DNA of 33,767 nt from Candidatus Caldarchaeum sp. (GTDB lineage Archaea; Thermoproteota; Nitrososphaeria_A; Caldarchaeales; Caldarchaeaceae), in NCBI GenBank assembly GCA_038885755.1, contig JAVZZH010000006.1, positions 1-33,767 of the forward strand. The letters are read 5' to 3'. Below are positions 8,540-18,554 of this stretch, piece after piece (positions within the stretch are counted from its first letter, which is position 1; every line of letters starts with the position of its first letter). Under the pieces are notes generated by a model. It had not been told where the DNA came from. It made no database searches and saw only the letters and a program-made list of their open reading frames with translations. Both the position numbers and the translations under genes were made by a program.

Positions 8540-11134
8540 GTGATCCCGCAAGAGGGAATTGAAAGCGCGAGAACACTTTTCAGAAGAAACGTCGAAACCG
8601 TGAGAATGTGATCCCGCAAGAGGGAATTGAAAGTTTTTTCTCTTCACGTCTCTACCCTTACGACCCCTACGCGGCGTGATCCCGCAAGAGGGAATTGAAA
8701 GGTTGTTCAACGCTCTAGTGTTGCCGGTTTTACCGTTTACAAGTGATCCCGCAAGAGGGAATTGAAAGGTACCATAAAGCTTATATTCCACATACTCAAA
8801 AATATTTATTGTGATCCCGCAAGAGGGAATTGAAAGTTCTATTTTTACGTCGAGTTTGCCGCCGTGTATTGTTGCCGTGTGATCCCGCAAGAGGGAATTG
8901 AAAGTTGGGAGTTTATGACGACGACGGCGGTGATAAGGTGTCTATGTGATCCCGCAAGAGGGAATTGAAAGTGGACGCGCGGTCGCGTCGACGTGATTTT
9001 TGCATGCCCTCGGGGATAGTGATCCCGCAAGAGGGAATTGAAAGCAGAAGAAACACGCGATATATACGCAGAGCGAGGTCGGCGAATACTATAAGTGATC
9101 CCGCAAGAGGGAATTGAAAGTAATTTCATCTAATATGTTCATGGCACATTAGTATAGTATTCGTGATCCCGCAAGAGGGAATTGAAAGTATGCGCGGGAA
9201 CGAGAACGCGAAGACAATAGCAGATGTGATCCCGCAAGAGGGAATTGAAAGTCTAAAAGAACCGCAGGAACCTGATTCGCAACCATTGCGCTTAGTGATC
9301 CCGCAAGAGGGAATTGAAAGTATTTATATGTGCTTACGTGGTATATGTATGTGGTGCCGTATGTGATCCCGCAAGAGGGAATTGAAAGCTATAATGGCTT
9401 ATTTTCCGAAAAAACAAGGTGGGAACTGTGATCCCGCAAGAGGGAATTGAAAGTTTTTCAACACTATTTCCTGAGCCCTAAAACCACGCTCTAGGTCAGT
9501 GATCCCGCAAGAGGGAATTGAAAGTTTTGCCAACGCGAACACGTCCTTGGGCAAGTACTCAAGTGATCCCGCAAGAGGGAATTGAAAGTAACTTTAAGCG
9601 CTGGCCAGCTAGGATTTCAAGCGATTTATGTGATCCCGCAAGAGGGAATTGAAAGATAATTATTTCCTTCTCGTGTTGCCCAAGCTTCATAATGAGTGAT
9701 CCCGCAAGAGGGAATTGAAAGTCTCTCTATTTGCTTCAGTATTTCCAGCAGCTGCTGGAGTTGTGTGATCCCGCAAGAGGGAATTGAAAGTCAAATTCTT
9801 TAAGTTTTAGCGTCATGTAAAAAATCACCATGTGATCCCGCAAGAGGGAATTGAAAGTCGGCCTTAAACGTTGCCTACGGCTGCTTACGCTGCTCAAGTG
9901 ATCCCGCAAGAGGGAATTGAAAGCAGATTTTATCTTTGGTATAAAATGTTATTTTTGACACAGTGATCCCGCAAGAGGGAATTGAAAGTCCAACAAAGCC
10001 ATACTTTTCTTCCAGCTTTAGCAATAGCTCGTGATCCCGCAAGAGGGAATTGAAAGTTACAGACACGTTCACTGAGGCATCGTTCTACGTAATGTACAGT
10101 GATCCCGCAAGAGGGAATTGAAAGACTTCAATAGTCTTCTCTACCTCAAATTCTACGATTATCTTTGTGATCCCGCAAGAGGGAATTGAAAGTTAGTATG
10201 TTTAAAGATAATAGGAAAGATAGACTGCTTCGCTGGTGATCCCGCAAGAGGGAATTGAAAGAATGTCTCGAGGATATATACTATGTTTCCAACTCTCTGT
10301 GCCGTGATCCCGCAAGAGGGAATTGAAAGGTTCTCAGCCTCGCGCCGTCTCTCTTCAGGGATAGCGTGCTCTGTGATCCCGCAAGAGGGAATTGAAAGAT
10401 GAAAGCCGGCAGTTTTGTATCAAGTCTAAAAAGAGTGATCCCGCAAGAGGGAATTGAAAGTGTCTATCAAGTAAGATTTTCGCCTGTTGTGTTAGGCGGT
10501 GTGATCCCGCAAGAGGGAATTGAAAGTATGTATGTGCCGTGCACGGGTATATGTTGTCATAGCCGTGTGATCCCGCAAGAGGGAATTGAAAGCTGCAAAC
10601 TTGAGATAATGCATTTCCCCCTCTTGCTCCAGAAGTGATCCCGCAAGAGGGAATTGAAAGCTTATGAACACGTTTATCGGGGTTTTCAGGAACGACGTGC
10701 TTGTGTGATCCCGCAAGAGGGAATTGAAAGAGTCCCCCTGCTCCAGACCCCTCTCCCCTTGAACGTCCAGCGTGATCCCGCAAGAGGGAATTGAAAGTCT
10801 TACTCACAGCCCTCTTACTCCGGCGTGGCATGCTTACCCTTGTGATCCCGCAAGAGGGAATTGAAAGACTGGTAATTTTGCGCCATCGTAGTCGCCGACA
10901 TAAATGATGTGATCCCGCAAGAGGGAATTGAAAGTGGCGGTAGAACACATGTTGGCAGATATGGCAGTAGTATCTGTGATCCCGCAAGAGGGAATTGAAA
11001 GCTTGGACAGAGACAGCAGAAACCTCACGTTGACCTCCGGCCTGTGATCCCGCAAGAGGGAGTTGGAAGTTCGGGCCCATCCAGCTCTACGATGGTTTTT
11101 GAGGAGATGTGAACACGCTAGAGGGAGTTTGAAG
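8540..11134 (+). CRISPR. CRISPR array, 26-nt repeat GTGATCCCGCAAGAGGGAATTGAAAG: 37 consensus repeats, a degenerate 38th (11044-11069) and a cryptic 39th (11109-11134); spacers 36-50 nt
   Basis: Repeats counted directly. The repeat has a TCCC/GGGA 4-bp stem followed by the 8-nt ATTGAAAG handle, which with the trailer degeneracy gives a + orientation. Confidence 0.99.
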
Positions 11135-12026
11135 ATTCTTTTCTGCAGATTTTGAGGTAAGGGCATGATTTATCACATTCATCGGGAAGACCGGGGTCGA
11201 ACCTCTCCGCAACCACCCGCAGCAACAAATCCCTCCGCTCCACAAACTCCATCCTCAAAGCATCGTCAACAACAACAAAATGCTCGTAAACCCTAAACTG
11301 TCCACCACTCTCAAAACTAAGGTATAGAATCACACCATGGTTTACGGGAACATGAAACATCGACTCAAAACACAGCGCGTAGCCAGCCAAAGCCACTTCA
11401 AACAATCTTGAAGGAGGCCTCGTCTTGAACTCGACCACAACGTTCGGAGGGATCAAGGCATCCATCCTGACAGCCCGGTTGAGCCCAAGCAGCCTGCCGT
11501 CGACCGGAAACTCGCAAACCCATGGAACAACCCTATACGCAACCCCATCCCAGCCAAGATAACGTGAAGAAGACAACACCCGGTCCAAAGCCGAGGAATA
11601 AGCCAGACAAGCCGAACCCCACAAAGAATCAAAAACATCAGAAAAACGTGAAAAAAGACGGCCTCCACGCAAACCATCTCCAATCCTCATCATCTCGTCA
11701 TAAAACTCACGACCATTCGACGGCCTGCTATGAATGATCACGCCCTTCGCAAAAGTCGACGCATCGACGATAACCCGATGAACAGCAGTTCCAAACAACA
11801 GCTCCTCGCCAGGCTTCTCACGAACACGCGATACATGCCTCAAATAACCCAGACGGCCGGAATCACATCGGAACGAGAGGTCTGACGCATTGATGTTAAC
11901 ACGGTAGGGTGAGAGAAGAGGCGGCTCACGCCAACGCCAGCCCCGCAGCTCATCGCTAACCTCGCACGGTGTTTCGCGGAAAACACGCAAAACCCGCAAA
12001 ACATCGTCGAAGGAGTAGAAAACCAT
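11118..12026 (-). CDS. csa1: Csa1 (Cas4-like CRISPR-associated protein, normally type I-A)
   Basis: N-terminal VSDELRGW motif, SDL..RC, GT.VH, a D...VVEFK RecB-like core and a C-terminal C..SCPY..IC Fe-S Cys set. Confidence 0.88.
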   Translation of the reverse strand: MVFYSFDDVLRVLRVFRETPCEVSDELRGWRWREPPLLSPYRVNINASDLSFRCDSGRLGYLRHVSRVREKPGEELLFGTAVHRVIVDASTFAKGVIIHSRPSNGREFYDEMMRIGDGLRGGRLFSRFSDVFDSLWGSACLAYSSALDRVLSSSRYLGWDGVAYRVVPWVCEFPVDGRLLGLNRAVRMDALIPPNVVVEFKTRPPSRLFEVALAGYALCFESMFHVPVNHGVILYLSFESGGQFRVYEHFVVVDDALRMEFVERRDLLLRVVAERFDPGLPDECDKSCPYLKICRKESSNSL

Positions 12027-12027
12027 G

Positions 12028-13053
12028 TCAGCTCAGAGGGACGGGGATCACGGTTCCGAACCCGATTCCACAGGCCTCGCCAAGCCCATCGAAGTAAACC
12101 CGCGGCAGGTCAAACTCGCCCTCTACGTAAATCACCGACCCGGGAGCCAACGCAGAATACACGGGCTTCCTTCTCCCCAGACCCAGCACATAGCCGGCGC
12201 CGAGAACCGTCGACCTTCCCGCCAGCCTGAGAAACTCATACTTTTTCCCACGACTCCATTCATGAACAAGCTGTTGAACAGGTTTTCCACCCTTAAACAA
12301 AACGGGAGTCGCCGCATACAGCGCCAAACGCCCTGAATGAGTTTTCTCACCCTTCCAAACCTTCTCCACCAAGCTTTTGAGAATCAACGCATTCTGATGA
12401 GTTGTCATCGACGCCACTCTACCCTCGCCACCAAGACGAACCGCCACGTTCCTCACGCTCGACAAATCCATACAACCCTCGCCGAAAACATCCACCACCA
12501 CCGCCACCCCGCCGACATACCTGCCTCTGGAACTGCTGTAATCCACGTAATCAACACCGTAAAGGAAGCCCTCCTTCGCATACCTAGTCGCGGCACTGGA
12601 CCGCGTCTCCAGCATCAAGCCGGCGCGGCCGCTGCTGTCAAACTCCAAATCAACACGTTCCAGAGAGGACAGACCACGCTGAGGCGCTGAAATTTCCTCA
12701 CACCGCTTCCTAACGTTTTCAAGCTTCAAAAAACCACGCAAATCCCTACCCTGATACTCCACGTACAACTCATCACCAACCCTGACAAGAGGCCCTCTCA
12801 CAACGGTCCCCGCACCGATTACGTCAAAGTACGCCCGGTCCCAGTTCGCGACCGAATAACTGATTTCAGCCGAGCTTGCCCGCTTGGACAAGCAGTAGGT
12901 TGCGATGACGCCGGATACTGTCGATGGAGAAGGCATCAACATGCTTACCGCCCTGCTGTGAGTTCCCCGCACGTATGGGTCGAACTCGCCGGGGCCACGG
13001 AACATCATCGGCTCCAAAAACCTGAACAACACAGAAACACCCTCATCCATCAT
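12028..13053 (-). CDS. cmr3: Type III-B RAMP Cmr3
   Basis: EPMMFR.P.EF, PSPSTVSG, LGGEGR, LYAATP, PGSV and terminal GIGFG motifs; directly downstream of cas10. Confidence 0.92.
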   Translation of the reverse strand: MMDEGVSVLFRFLEPMMFRGPGEFDPYVRGTHSRAVSMLMPSPSTVSGVIATYCLSKRASSAEISYSVANWDRAYFDVIGAGTVVRGPLVRVGDELYVEYQGRDLRGFLKLENVRKRCEEISAPQRGLSSLERVDLEFDSSGRAGLMLETRSSAATRYAKEGFLYGVDYVDYSSSRGRYVGGVAVVVDVFGEGCMDLSSVRNVAVRLGGEGRVASMTTHQNALILKSLVEKVWKGEKTHSGRLALYAATPVLFKGGKPVQQLVHEWSRGKKYEFLRLAGRSTVLGAGYVLGLGRRKPVYSALAPGSVIYVEGEFDLPRVYFDGLGEACGIGFGTVIPVPLS

Positions 13054-16019
13054 TCAGCACCCCTCAAACCAGAGCGAAAAACCTGCAGGGCCCTAATCCA
13101 TTCCAAGACAAACGACAGCTCACGACCATCCAGCTCACCCCTCAAGCCAAAATACTCGGAGAGATAATCTGACCATTTCGCCGAAATCTGCCGCCCCGCC
13201 GTCGACGAGCCCGCCTTGTTTCTTTCAAAAATGTTCTCCAGCACATCCTTGAACAAGGCGACGCTACCGTTTGAGATTATTCCCTGAATTGTTTCTCCAT
13301 TTTTCAGGAGGTCGTAGATGAGCGAGGCCGCAAAGGAGGGGTTTTTCGATTCCACGGACTTAACGCATTCGTCGATTTTCGCCACGTGCTCGCCGAGCGG
13401 CTTCTTTCCATCGAAGCTGAACAACGGTATCAACGCGGTTATCTCGCCACCCCTCGGCGAATAAGCAAGCACCAAGCTGTCCTTCTTAACACGAGAACCG
13501 TCTTTCATCCACACCACGTTTTTCGCATGAGTTTCGAGAAGCCGCAAAACCCTACTCAACGCCATGTATAGCGGAAACATGTAATGCGTCAGATACAGCG
13601 CAAAGCTTCTTCCAGCACATGCGAGGCTTGGAAGCTGGAAATTCTCAACCCTATCAAACCCGGGCGAGTCGTCGACCGGGAGGCTGAACCTTTTCCGCAG
13701 CTCTTCGGCGGCTTTCAGCGAATTTTCAACAGGTAGGACAGCCAGCAAATCGTCTCCCCCTGCGTAGATCGCCACGCCGTCGTGTTTCTCGACTATGTTG
13801 CTGTCTCTGACCGCTGTAGCCATCAAACACCTGCTCAACGCTGCGTGGAAGGAGGGCGACACAATAATTCTACCACTTTTCACCATGCTGTCAAGTTCCG
13901 ACTCTATTTGGCTGAGCCGGGAACCGTCAACACCTTTAGCGACGGTCCTCGCCTCTTCGACTCTGTTTTGAAGCAGATAAGACACTAGGCTCCGAGCCGG
14001 GCCTTCCAGCGAATTAACCAAGTAATCTCCTACTTTCGTCCGCAACCCCTCTTCGACATAACCACGCAAAATCTTACCAAAATTATCTCCGTCGCATTTC
14101 AGGATGCAGTAATAAGCAGTCAGCTGCTTCAACTTAATCTCCCTTAATTCCTTGATTCTCCCGATTTCAGCCAGAAGTTTTTTAACTGCTCCACGGTTCT
14201 GGAAAAACAGTGTTTCAGCGTCGGAAGCCACTAAAAACTCCATTATCTCCCGAAGCTCTTGATTTCTGATTCCCTCAAGCTCGAGAACCCTAGTGCGAGC
14301 AGTACCTATGTTTTTCAGGAATTCGTTCAAAACACGTGTCAAACATTCTGCCACGGCATCGTCTTGGTCCGCAGTTTTCGCAGCTGACAACAGGGATTTT
14401 AGGAAGGGTTTGGCGGCTATGTCTGAAACTGATGGGAAACGAAGCAGACGCCGCCCAGTTCTGTCGTATTGTATCACGGGGCTAGGTGCTTTCTCGACTT
14501 CTGCCGCTTTACCGATGATTCGCTCGATAACCGCTTTCCTAACATCCTCAAACAGCAGGAGCCTCTTGGTCGTGCAGTATGGACATAGTCTCTCGCCCAT
14601 GGTGAAGACAGGCTCCAAGCCCTCGCAAATTTCCTGGTACTCCTGCTCTTTCGAAGGAATGATGATAACTGCGGGGAGTTTGCCGCAAACACTGCAGTAG
14701 TCGAACCCTTTTCTCGACTTCACGGGATAAGCATCAAGACCTGCTACGGTCATATCGTAGAGTTTTAGCTCTTCAAACGGAGACGGCCTGTAGATTTTTC
14801 TTTTTTCCACTTCAGCGGCGAGCAGCTCGAACATTTCGTGGTAAAGCCTGTATCCAGACTTTTTATCTGGGCCAAGGTTGTCCGTGGACAACGCTACAAC
14901 GCGTAGAGGCAGCGGCGGAACCTCGTCAAACCCGAACTCTCTGCTTTTCTCCAAAACAGCCGACAGATCTTGGAAGAACTTCTTCTGCTTCAAATTTTGG
15001 CATGCCTCGACAACCGTGTCGAAGACAGTCCTCCAGACCTCCCTGTATTTCTTTTTTACAAATTCCTCTAATTTTTCAGCGGTGTCGCCGATTTCCCTGA
15101 ATTCCTCGAATTCTTTGAGGATGCTTGTTCTCGGCAGGAGGATGGAGGCAGTCGCCGGCACGACCGCGTGTTGGGGGTACTGGTCTCTGTCCGGGTCGTA
15201 GTTCATGAGTTTCCTAGTTATCTCTTTGAGCTTTCCGACTACCTGCTTGCTCACACCTAGCTTCAGCAGTTCAGCGATGAGGCTGTGGTAGTAGAAGGGG
15301 TTTCCTCTGCATGTCGGAACTATCGTGATGTCAGGCCCTAGTGTTTTGACAAAGGCCCAGATAACGCTCCATGAAAGCATCGACGCTATGTAGCTCGAAG
15401 CCCATAGGTCGATAAGTTTTCTCGAATCAGAGATGTAGCTCTGCACACCTCCGAGGTCCATGAAGAGCAGGATGCCGTCGGGGGTGCTTGTTTGATACAG
15501 CCAGTTTGCTATCGATGCAGTCGCGTAGCCGTGGTCGAATACTGTGTGGGAGGGCGCACGTGTATCAGCTGGGCTGCTTGGATAACCCCTGAGAATCCAT
15601 TCAGCTTCGTAAACAGCGTATAGCAGATGATAAGCTATGCAAGGGTCGTCGATGCCGTCAATCAGCTTTTTCAAAGCGTCGCTGAAACTATCGATGTCTA
15701 TGTGTATCTGAGGTATGTCGACTGAATATTCTGGGTTGAAGACGTTCTTGAGCTTCACTTCTGTGGCTGGAAAACGACTGTAATCATCGCCGACGAGTAT
15801 GCTGAGCAGCCATCTGTCGACGCTGGATGCTTGAATGTCTGCGGGTTTCGCCATGGATTCGAGGTTCACGAACGCCCCTTCTAGACATGTGAACTCGAGG
15901 ATGCGCTGAGCTGTTTTCAAGGCCTCTTCCTTGTGGTTTCTACGTTGGGAGATAAGCCACGCTTTGTTGGGTGGGTCGTGAAGCAGGCAAGCGGTTTTGT
16001 AGATGAAGAAATCTTTCAT
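13050..16019 (-). CDS. cas10: Type III-B Cas10/Cmr2
   Basis: LLHDPP.K (HD), PADTR.P.HT.FDH, GVQSYI..SRKL.DLWASS, CSVC...CPYC zinc finger, DGDN.GK and an intact YAGGDD palm motif. Confidence 0.96.
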   Translation of the reverse strand: MKDFFIYKTACLLHDPPNKAWLISQRRNHKEEALKTAQRILEFTCLEGAFVNLESMAKPADIQASSVDRWLLSILVGDDYSRFPATEVKLKNVFNPEYSVDIPQIHIDIDSFSDALKKLIDGIDDPCIAYHLLYAVYEAEWILRGYPSSPADTRAPSHTVFDHGYATASIANWLYQTSTPDGILLFMDLGGVQSYISDSRKLIDLWASSYIASMLSWSVIWAFVKTLGPDITIVPTCRGNPFYYHSLIAELLKLGVSKQVVGKLKEITRKLMNYDPDRDQYPQHAVVPATASILLPRTSILKEFEEFREIGDTAEKLEEFVKKKYREVWRTVFDTVVEACQNLKQKKFFQDLSAVLEKSREFGFDEVPPLPLRVVALSTDNLGPDKKSGYRLYHEMFELLAAEVEKRKIYRPSPFEELKLYDMTVAGLDAYPVKSRKGFDYCSVCGKLPAVIIIPSKEQEYQEICEGLEPVFTMGERLCPYCTTKRLLLFEDVRKAVIERIIGKAAEVEKAPSPVIQYDRTGRRLLRFPSVSDIAAKPFLKSLLSAAKTADQDDAVAECLTRVLNEFLKNIGTARTRVLELEGIRNQELREIMEFLVASDAETLFFQNRGAVKKLLAEIGRIKELREIKLKQLTAYYCILKCDGDNFGKILRGYVEEGLRTKVGDYLVNSLEGPARSLVSYLLQNRVEEARTVAKGVDGSRLSQIESELDSMVKSGRIIVSPSFHAALSRCLMATAVRDSNIVEKHDGVAIYAGGDDLLAVLPVENSLKAAEELRKRFSLPVDDSPGFDRVENFQLPSLACAGRSFALYLTHYMFPLYMALSRVLRLLETHAKNVVWMKDGSRVKKDSLVLAYSPRGGEITALIPLFSFDGKKPLGEHVAKIDECVKSVESKNPSFAASLIYDLLKNGETIQGIISNGSVALFKDVLENIFERNKAGSSTAGRQISAKWSDYLSEYFGLRGELDGRELSFVLEWIRALQVFRSGLRGAE

Positions 16020-16022
16020 CTT

Positions 16023-16901
16023 CTACACCTTCGTATATTCGACGACTTCGAAACGAGAATATCCGACGGATGTTTTCGCCCCGACACCGCGGTAAAATGA
16101 ATATAAAAGCCCCATGTCGACTACTCCGAGGCTGCTTATTTCAGCGACGGGGTTTTCAGCCAAGTCAGCATCAAGGCCCGTCCCGACGCGTAGCAGTCTC
16201 TCCCCTCTACCTTTACGATAAAACATGTAGAACTGAAATGTTGTGCTAGGGGCAATCGTGAGAAACGTTACGGGGTTTGGGCGGACTTCCAGCTCGTTCT
16301 TAGTGTCGTCGGTGTAATGTGGGGTCATCACGTCCGGATAAAGCAAATACTCTTTGACGCCGGCCTTAACAGGGTAGGCGTCGGTAAACCCTATCAACCC
16401 TATGCTTCCACGGTCGCCGAATAAACGACCGCATATTTGGTCAGCGTCTGCCTCCTGACGGCCGCTGCGAAGCAGTATTTCGTAGACGCCCGAACGAACA
16501 GCCCCCTTTATCGTCGAACCAGGAATGTAGGGTACGTTTAGAAAAGAGTCAAAGCTCAGCCCTACCTCGAAAGGAATTTTGCCGTAGGAAGCAGACGCGC
16601 CGACCAATCCACGCGACAGAGCCTTAATCTTCACACGTCTAACCACATAACCGCAAGCCTTCAACGCATTCTCCATCTCTTCAGCGAGAGCCGACGTGGC
16701 TGGATTGGGAGTCCCTGAGAATTTGACTAGGAACTCTAGGAGTTTTCGCTCCTCTGCTACAGGATCAATCCTTTCACCGGGTTCACGGCGTTGACTTTTA
16801 TCAAGCTCTGCCTCTATCTTCGCTCGCATGATTTGAGAGCCCCTTCTGATTGAAAGGCTCCAGAGGTTGGGATTTCTCAAATTTCCTATGGTTTGCAACA
16901 C
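16023..16901 (-). CDS. cmr6: Type III-B RAMP Cmr6
   Basis: FEVGL, PYIPGSTIKG, F.DAYP, DVMTPHY, PNPV.FL and GVGAKTSVGY motifs. Confidence 0.93.
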   Translation of the reverse strand: MLQTIGNLRNPNLWSLSIRRGSQIMRAKIEAELDKSQRREPGERIDPVAEERKLLEFLVKFSGTPNPATSALAEEMENALKACGYVVRRVKIKALSRGLVGASASYGKIPFEVGLSFDSFLNVPYIPGSTIKGAVRSGVYEILLRSGRQEADADQICGRLFGDRGSIGLIGFTDAYPVKAGVKEYLLYPDVMTPHYTDDTKNELEVRPNPVTFLTIAPSTTFQFYMFYRKGRGERLLRVGTGLDADLAENPVAEISSLGVVDMGLLYSFYRGVGAKTSVGYSRFEVVEYTKV

Positions 16902-18097
16902 ATCTTCACCAAATAATTGGTGACCGCCTCGAAAGTTTTACGGTAGGTATCTTCAATCTGAGTCATGTTGATTTTTTCGATCAACATGCCCTTGGATAGA
17001 AGTTTTAAATTATTGGGCCAATCCTTTGAAAGGAAACCGTAAATGATGACGAATTTTGTCTCACCCCCGTCAAACAGCCTAATACCGATTGACGACATCC
17101 TGCGCAGGCTGGTGCCGCCGTTTAAATATCCGCTTTTTCGAACACTCCTAGGCAGCCCTAGCATCCATGTATGGATTCGGAGATTTGATTTCAAGGTCGC
17201 TTCGCCGATTGTGGCCAAATCTATTCGCTGACATTCAACAACCTTCAAATTAAACACCTTGAAGGAGGCGTCTAAAGAAGGGGCTAGCGGAACTCCTACA
17301 GGCTGTGGCGAGCCACTGAGGTTGAAGCATTCTTTAGCGTATTCAATAGAAACCTTCACCAGCTCCCTAAGAGTTTTCTCAAGTTCATCGGCGGTTATAG
17401 ACGGGCCAGAAAGCTTCTTCCCTATTTTTATCAGCTTATCGGCTACGACTCGTTCGCAATCGACACGATTTAGTTTCAGAGAGCCGAAGCCCCTCTTCGT
17501 AATAGAGCCTACGCCTCCTAAAATCAAAGCCATCAACAAAGAAGCCATGACAAAATTGCAAAGTCTTGGGTTTCTTTCTCCGAGAAGTTGTATCTTGAAT
17601 TTCATATTCTTTGTTTCAAGCGTCTTTAGCTCCTCCTCCTTGACTCTTTGATCTCTCCCCATTAACAACAGTATCATTCGTGGCGGCAACCGGTCCCTTG
17701 ATTCATGATGCTTTTGATGGATGTTTTGGGCATCTTTAGCTCTTTGTTCGGAACTTGGTGAGAAGACGGTTAGCTGGATCTTAGAAGCAGTGGTTTTCTC
17801 GCCTTCTCTTCTCCGTACACCTCCATATATTTGCTTTAGGTATTTGTTTGCTTCGGCGTAGTCGATTGTTCCGCCCAACGCGCCGACTACCGCGACTCGA
17901 GACCACCATCGAAGAACTCCTTTCAGAGATTTCGCCGACAGCCCGTTTAGTATGTCTAATTCGCAGCTGTATGGACGTGAGTTGTATCCGCCCAGCCTTG
18001 TATAAGTTATTGTTTCAGCTTCTATTTCAGCGATCAAATCATGTTTACGGACTAATTGTCGCTGGATGTCAACCCATGCTGTCAACCACGTTCTCAC
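16886..18097 (-). CDS. cmr1: Type III-B RAMP Cmr1 (start uncertain)
   Basis: SLKGVLRWW.R and LGGVGS..KRGFGS motifs, plus LGLPR. Confidence 0.9.
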   Translation of the reverse strand: MRTWLTAWVDIQRQLVRKHDLIAEIEAETITYTRLGGYNSRPYSCELDILNGLSAKSLKGVLRWWSRVAVVGALGGTIDYAEANKYLKQIYGGVRRREGEKTTASKIQLTVFSPSSEQRAKDAQNIHQKHHESRDRLPPRMILLLMGRDQRVKEEELKTLETKNMKFKIQLLGERNPRLCNFVMASLLMALILGGVGSITKRGFGSLKLNRVDCERVVADKLIKIGKKLSGPSITADELEKTLRELVKVSIEYAKECFNLSGSPQPVGVPLAPSLDASFKVFNLKVVECQRIDLATIGEATLKSNLRIHTWMLGLPRSVRKSGYLNGGTSLRRMSSIGIRLFDGGETKFVIIYGFLSKDWPNNLKLLSKGMLIEKINMTQIEDTYRKTFEAVTNYLVKMCCKP

Positions 18098-18554
18098 CGG
18101 GCTCGAAAACAGCTTCAGAAAGTTTCTTCAGCTGCAGCGCATATGTTCTAACCAACCTACCGGCGACCCTGGCTTTACTTCCTTGAAGGGCCTTGAAGGC
18201 GTTCAGCGGTTCCTCAACGTGGTTGTCGTTTATCAGCCCCAAGTCCTTAAGTCTTTTTAAAATCAGGTAGAGGTAGATCGCATATCCTTTCTTTATTTCG
18301 TCCTGTTTGTCAATACTACTTCTTTGCTGGAAACAGTTTCTGACTTTTTGATAGGTGTCGTCGCTGCTTTTCGCGTAGCAGAAGGTCATCGCCGGCACGA
18401 AACCGATGTCCTCTATGAGGCTGGGCAATTCTCTGCATCTCGCCCGGAAGCTTCTGCCGACGCCGCTTTTACGGTCCTCGTTTAACAGCTTAAAAAGCGT
18501 TTCAAAATCTTTAACGGCTTCAGAAACGCTGTCCTTCAAGCTCATGCTGTTCAC
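18069..18554 (-). CDS. cmr5: Type III-B small subunit Cmr5
   Basis: Small helical protein between cmr4 and cmr1 with R.RC.ELPSLI..G...A..F..AK and LKKL.EA. Confidence 0.85.
   Translation of the reverse strand: MNSMSLKDSVSEAVKDFETLFKLLNEDRKSGVGRSFRARCRELPSLIEDIGFVPAMTFCYAKSSDDTYQKVRNCFQQRSSIDKQDEIKKGYAIYLYLILKRLKDLGLINDNHVEEPLNAFKALQGSKARVAGRLVRTYALQLKKLSEAVFEPGENVVDSMG

Noticed and set aside
8312-8540. tRNA as the integration site of the CRISPR-Cas locus
   Set aside because: The locus lies on the tRNA 5' side, and no duplicated tRNA fragment or integrase was seen in the window.
8566-11108. Self-targeting or exactly duplicated spacers
   Set aside because: None was noticed within the window by eye; a genome-wide BLAST is needed to exclude them.
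8414-11166. ORFs inside the CRISPR array (e.g. 8453-8890, 10355-11080)
   Set aside because: They are translations of repeats (LSIPSCGIT, FQFPLAGS, FNSLLRDH) joined by stop-poor spacers.
16849-16856. ATTGAAAG (crRNA handle) within cmr6
   Set aside because: Only 8 nt match and the flanks do not resemble the repeat; this is expected by chance.
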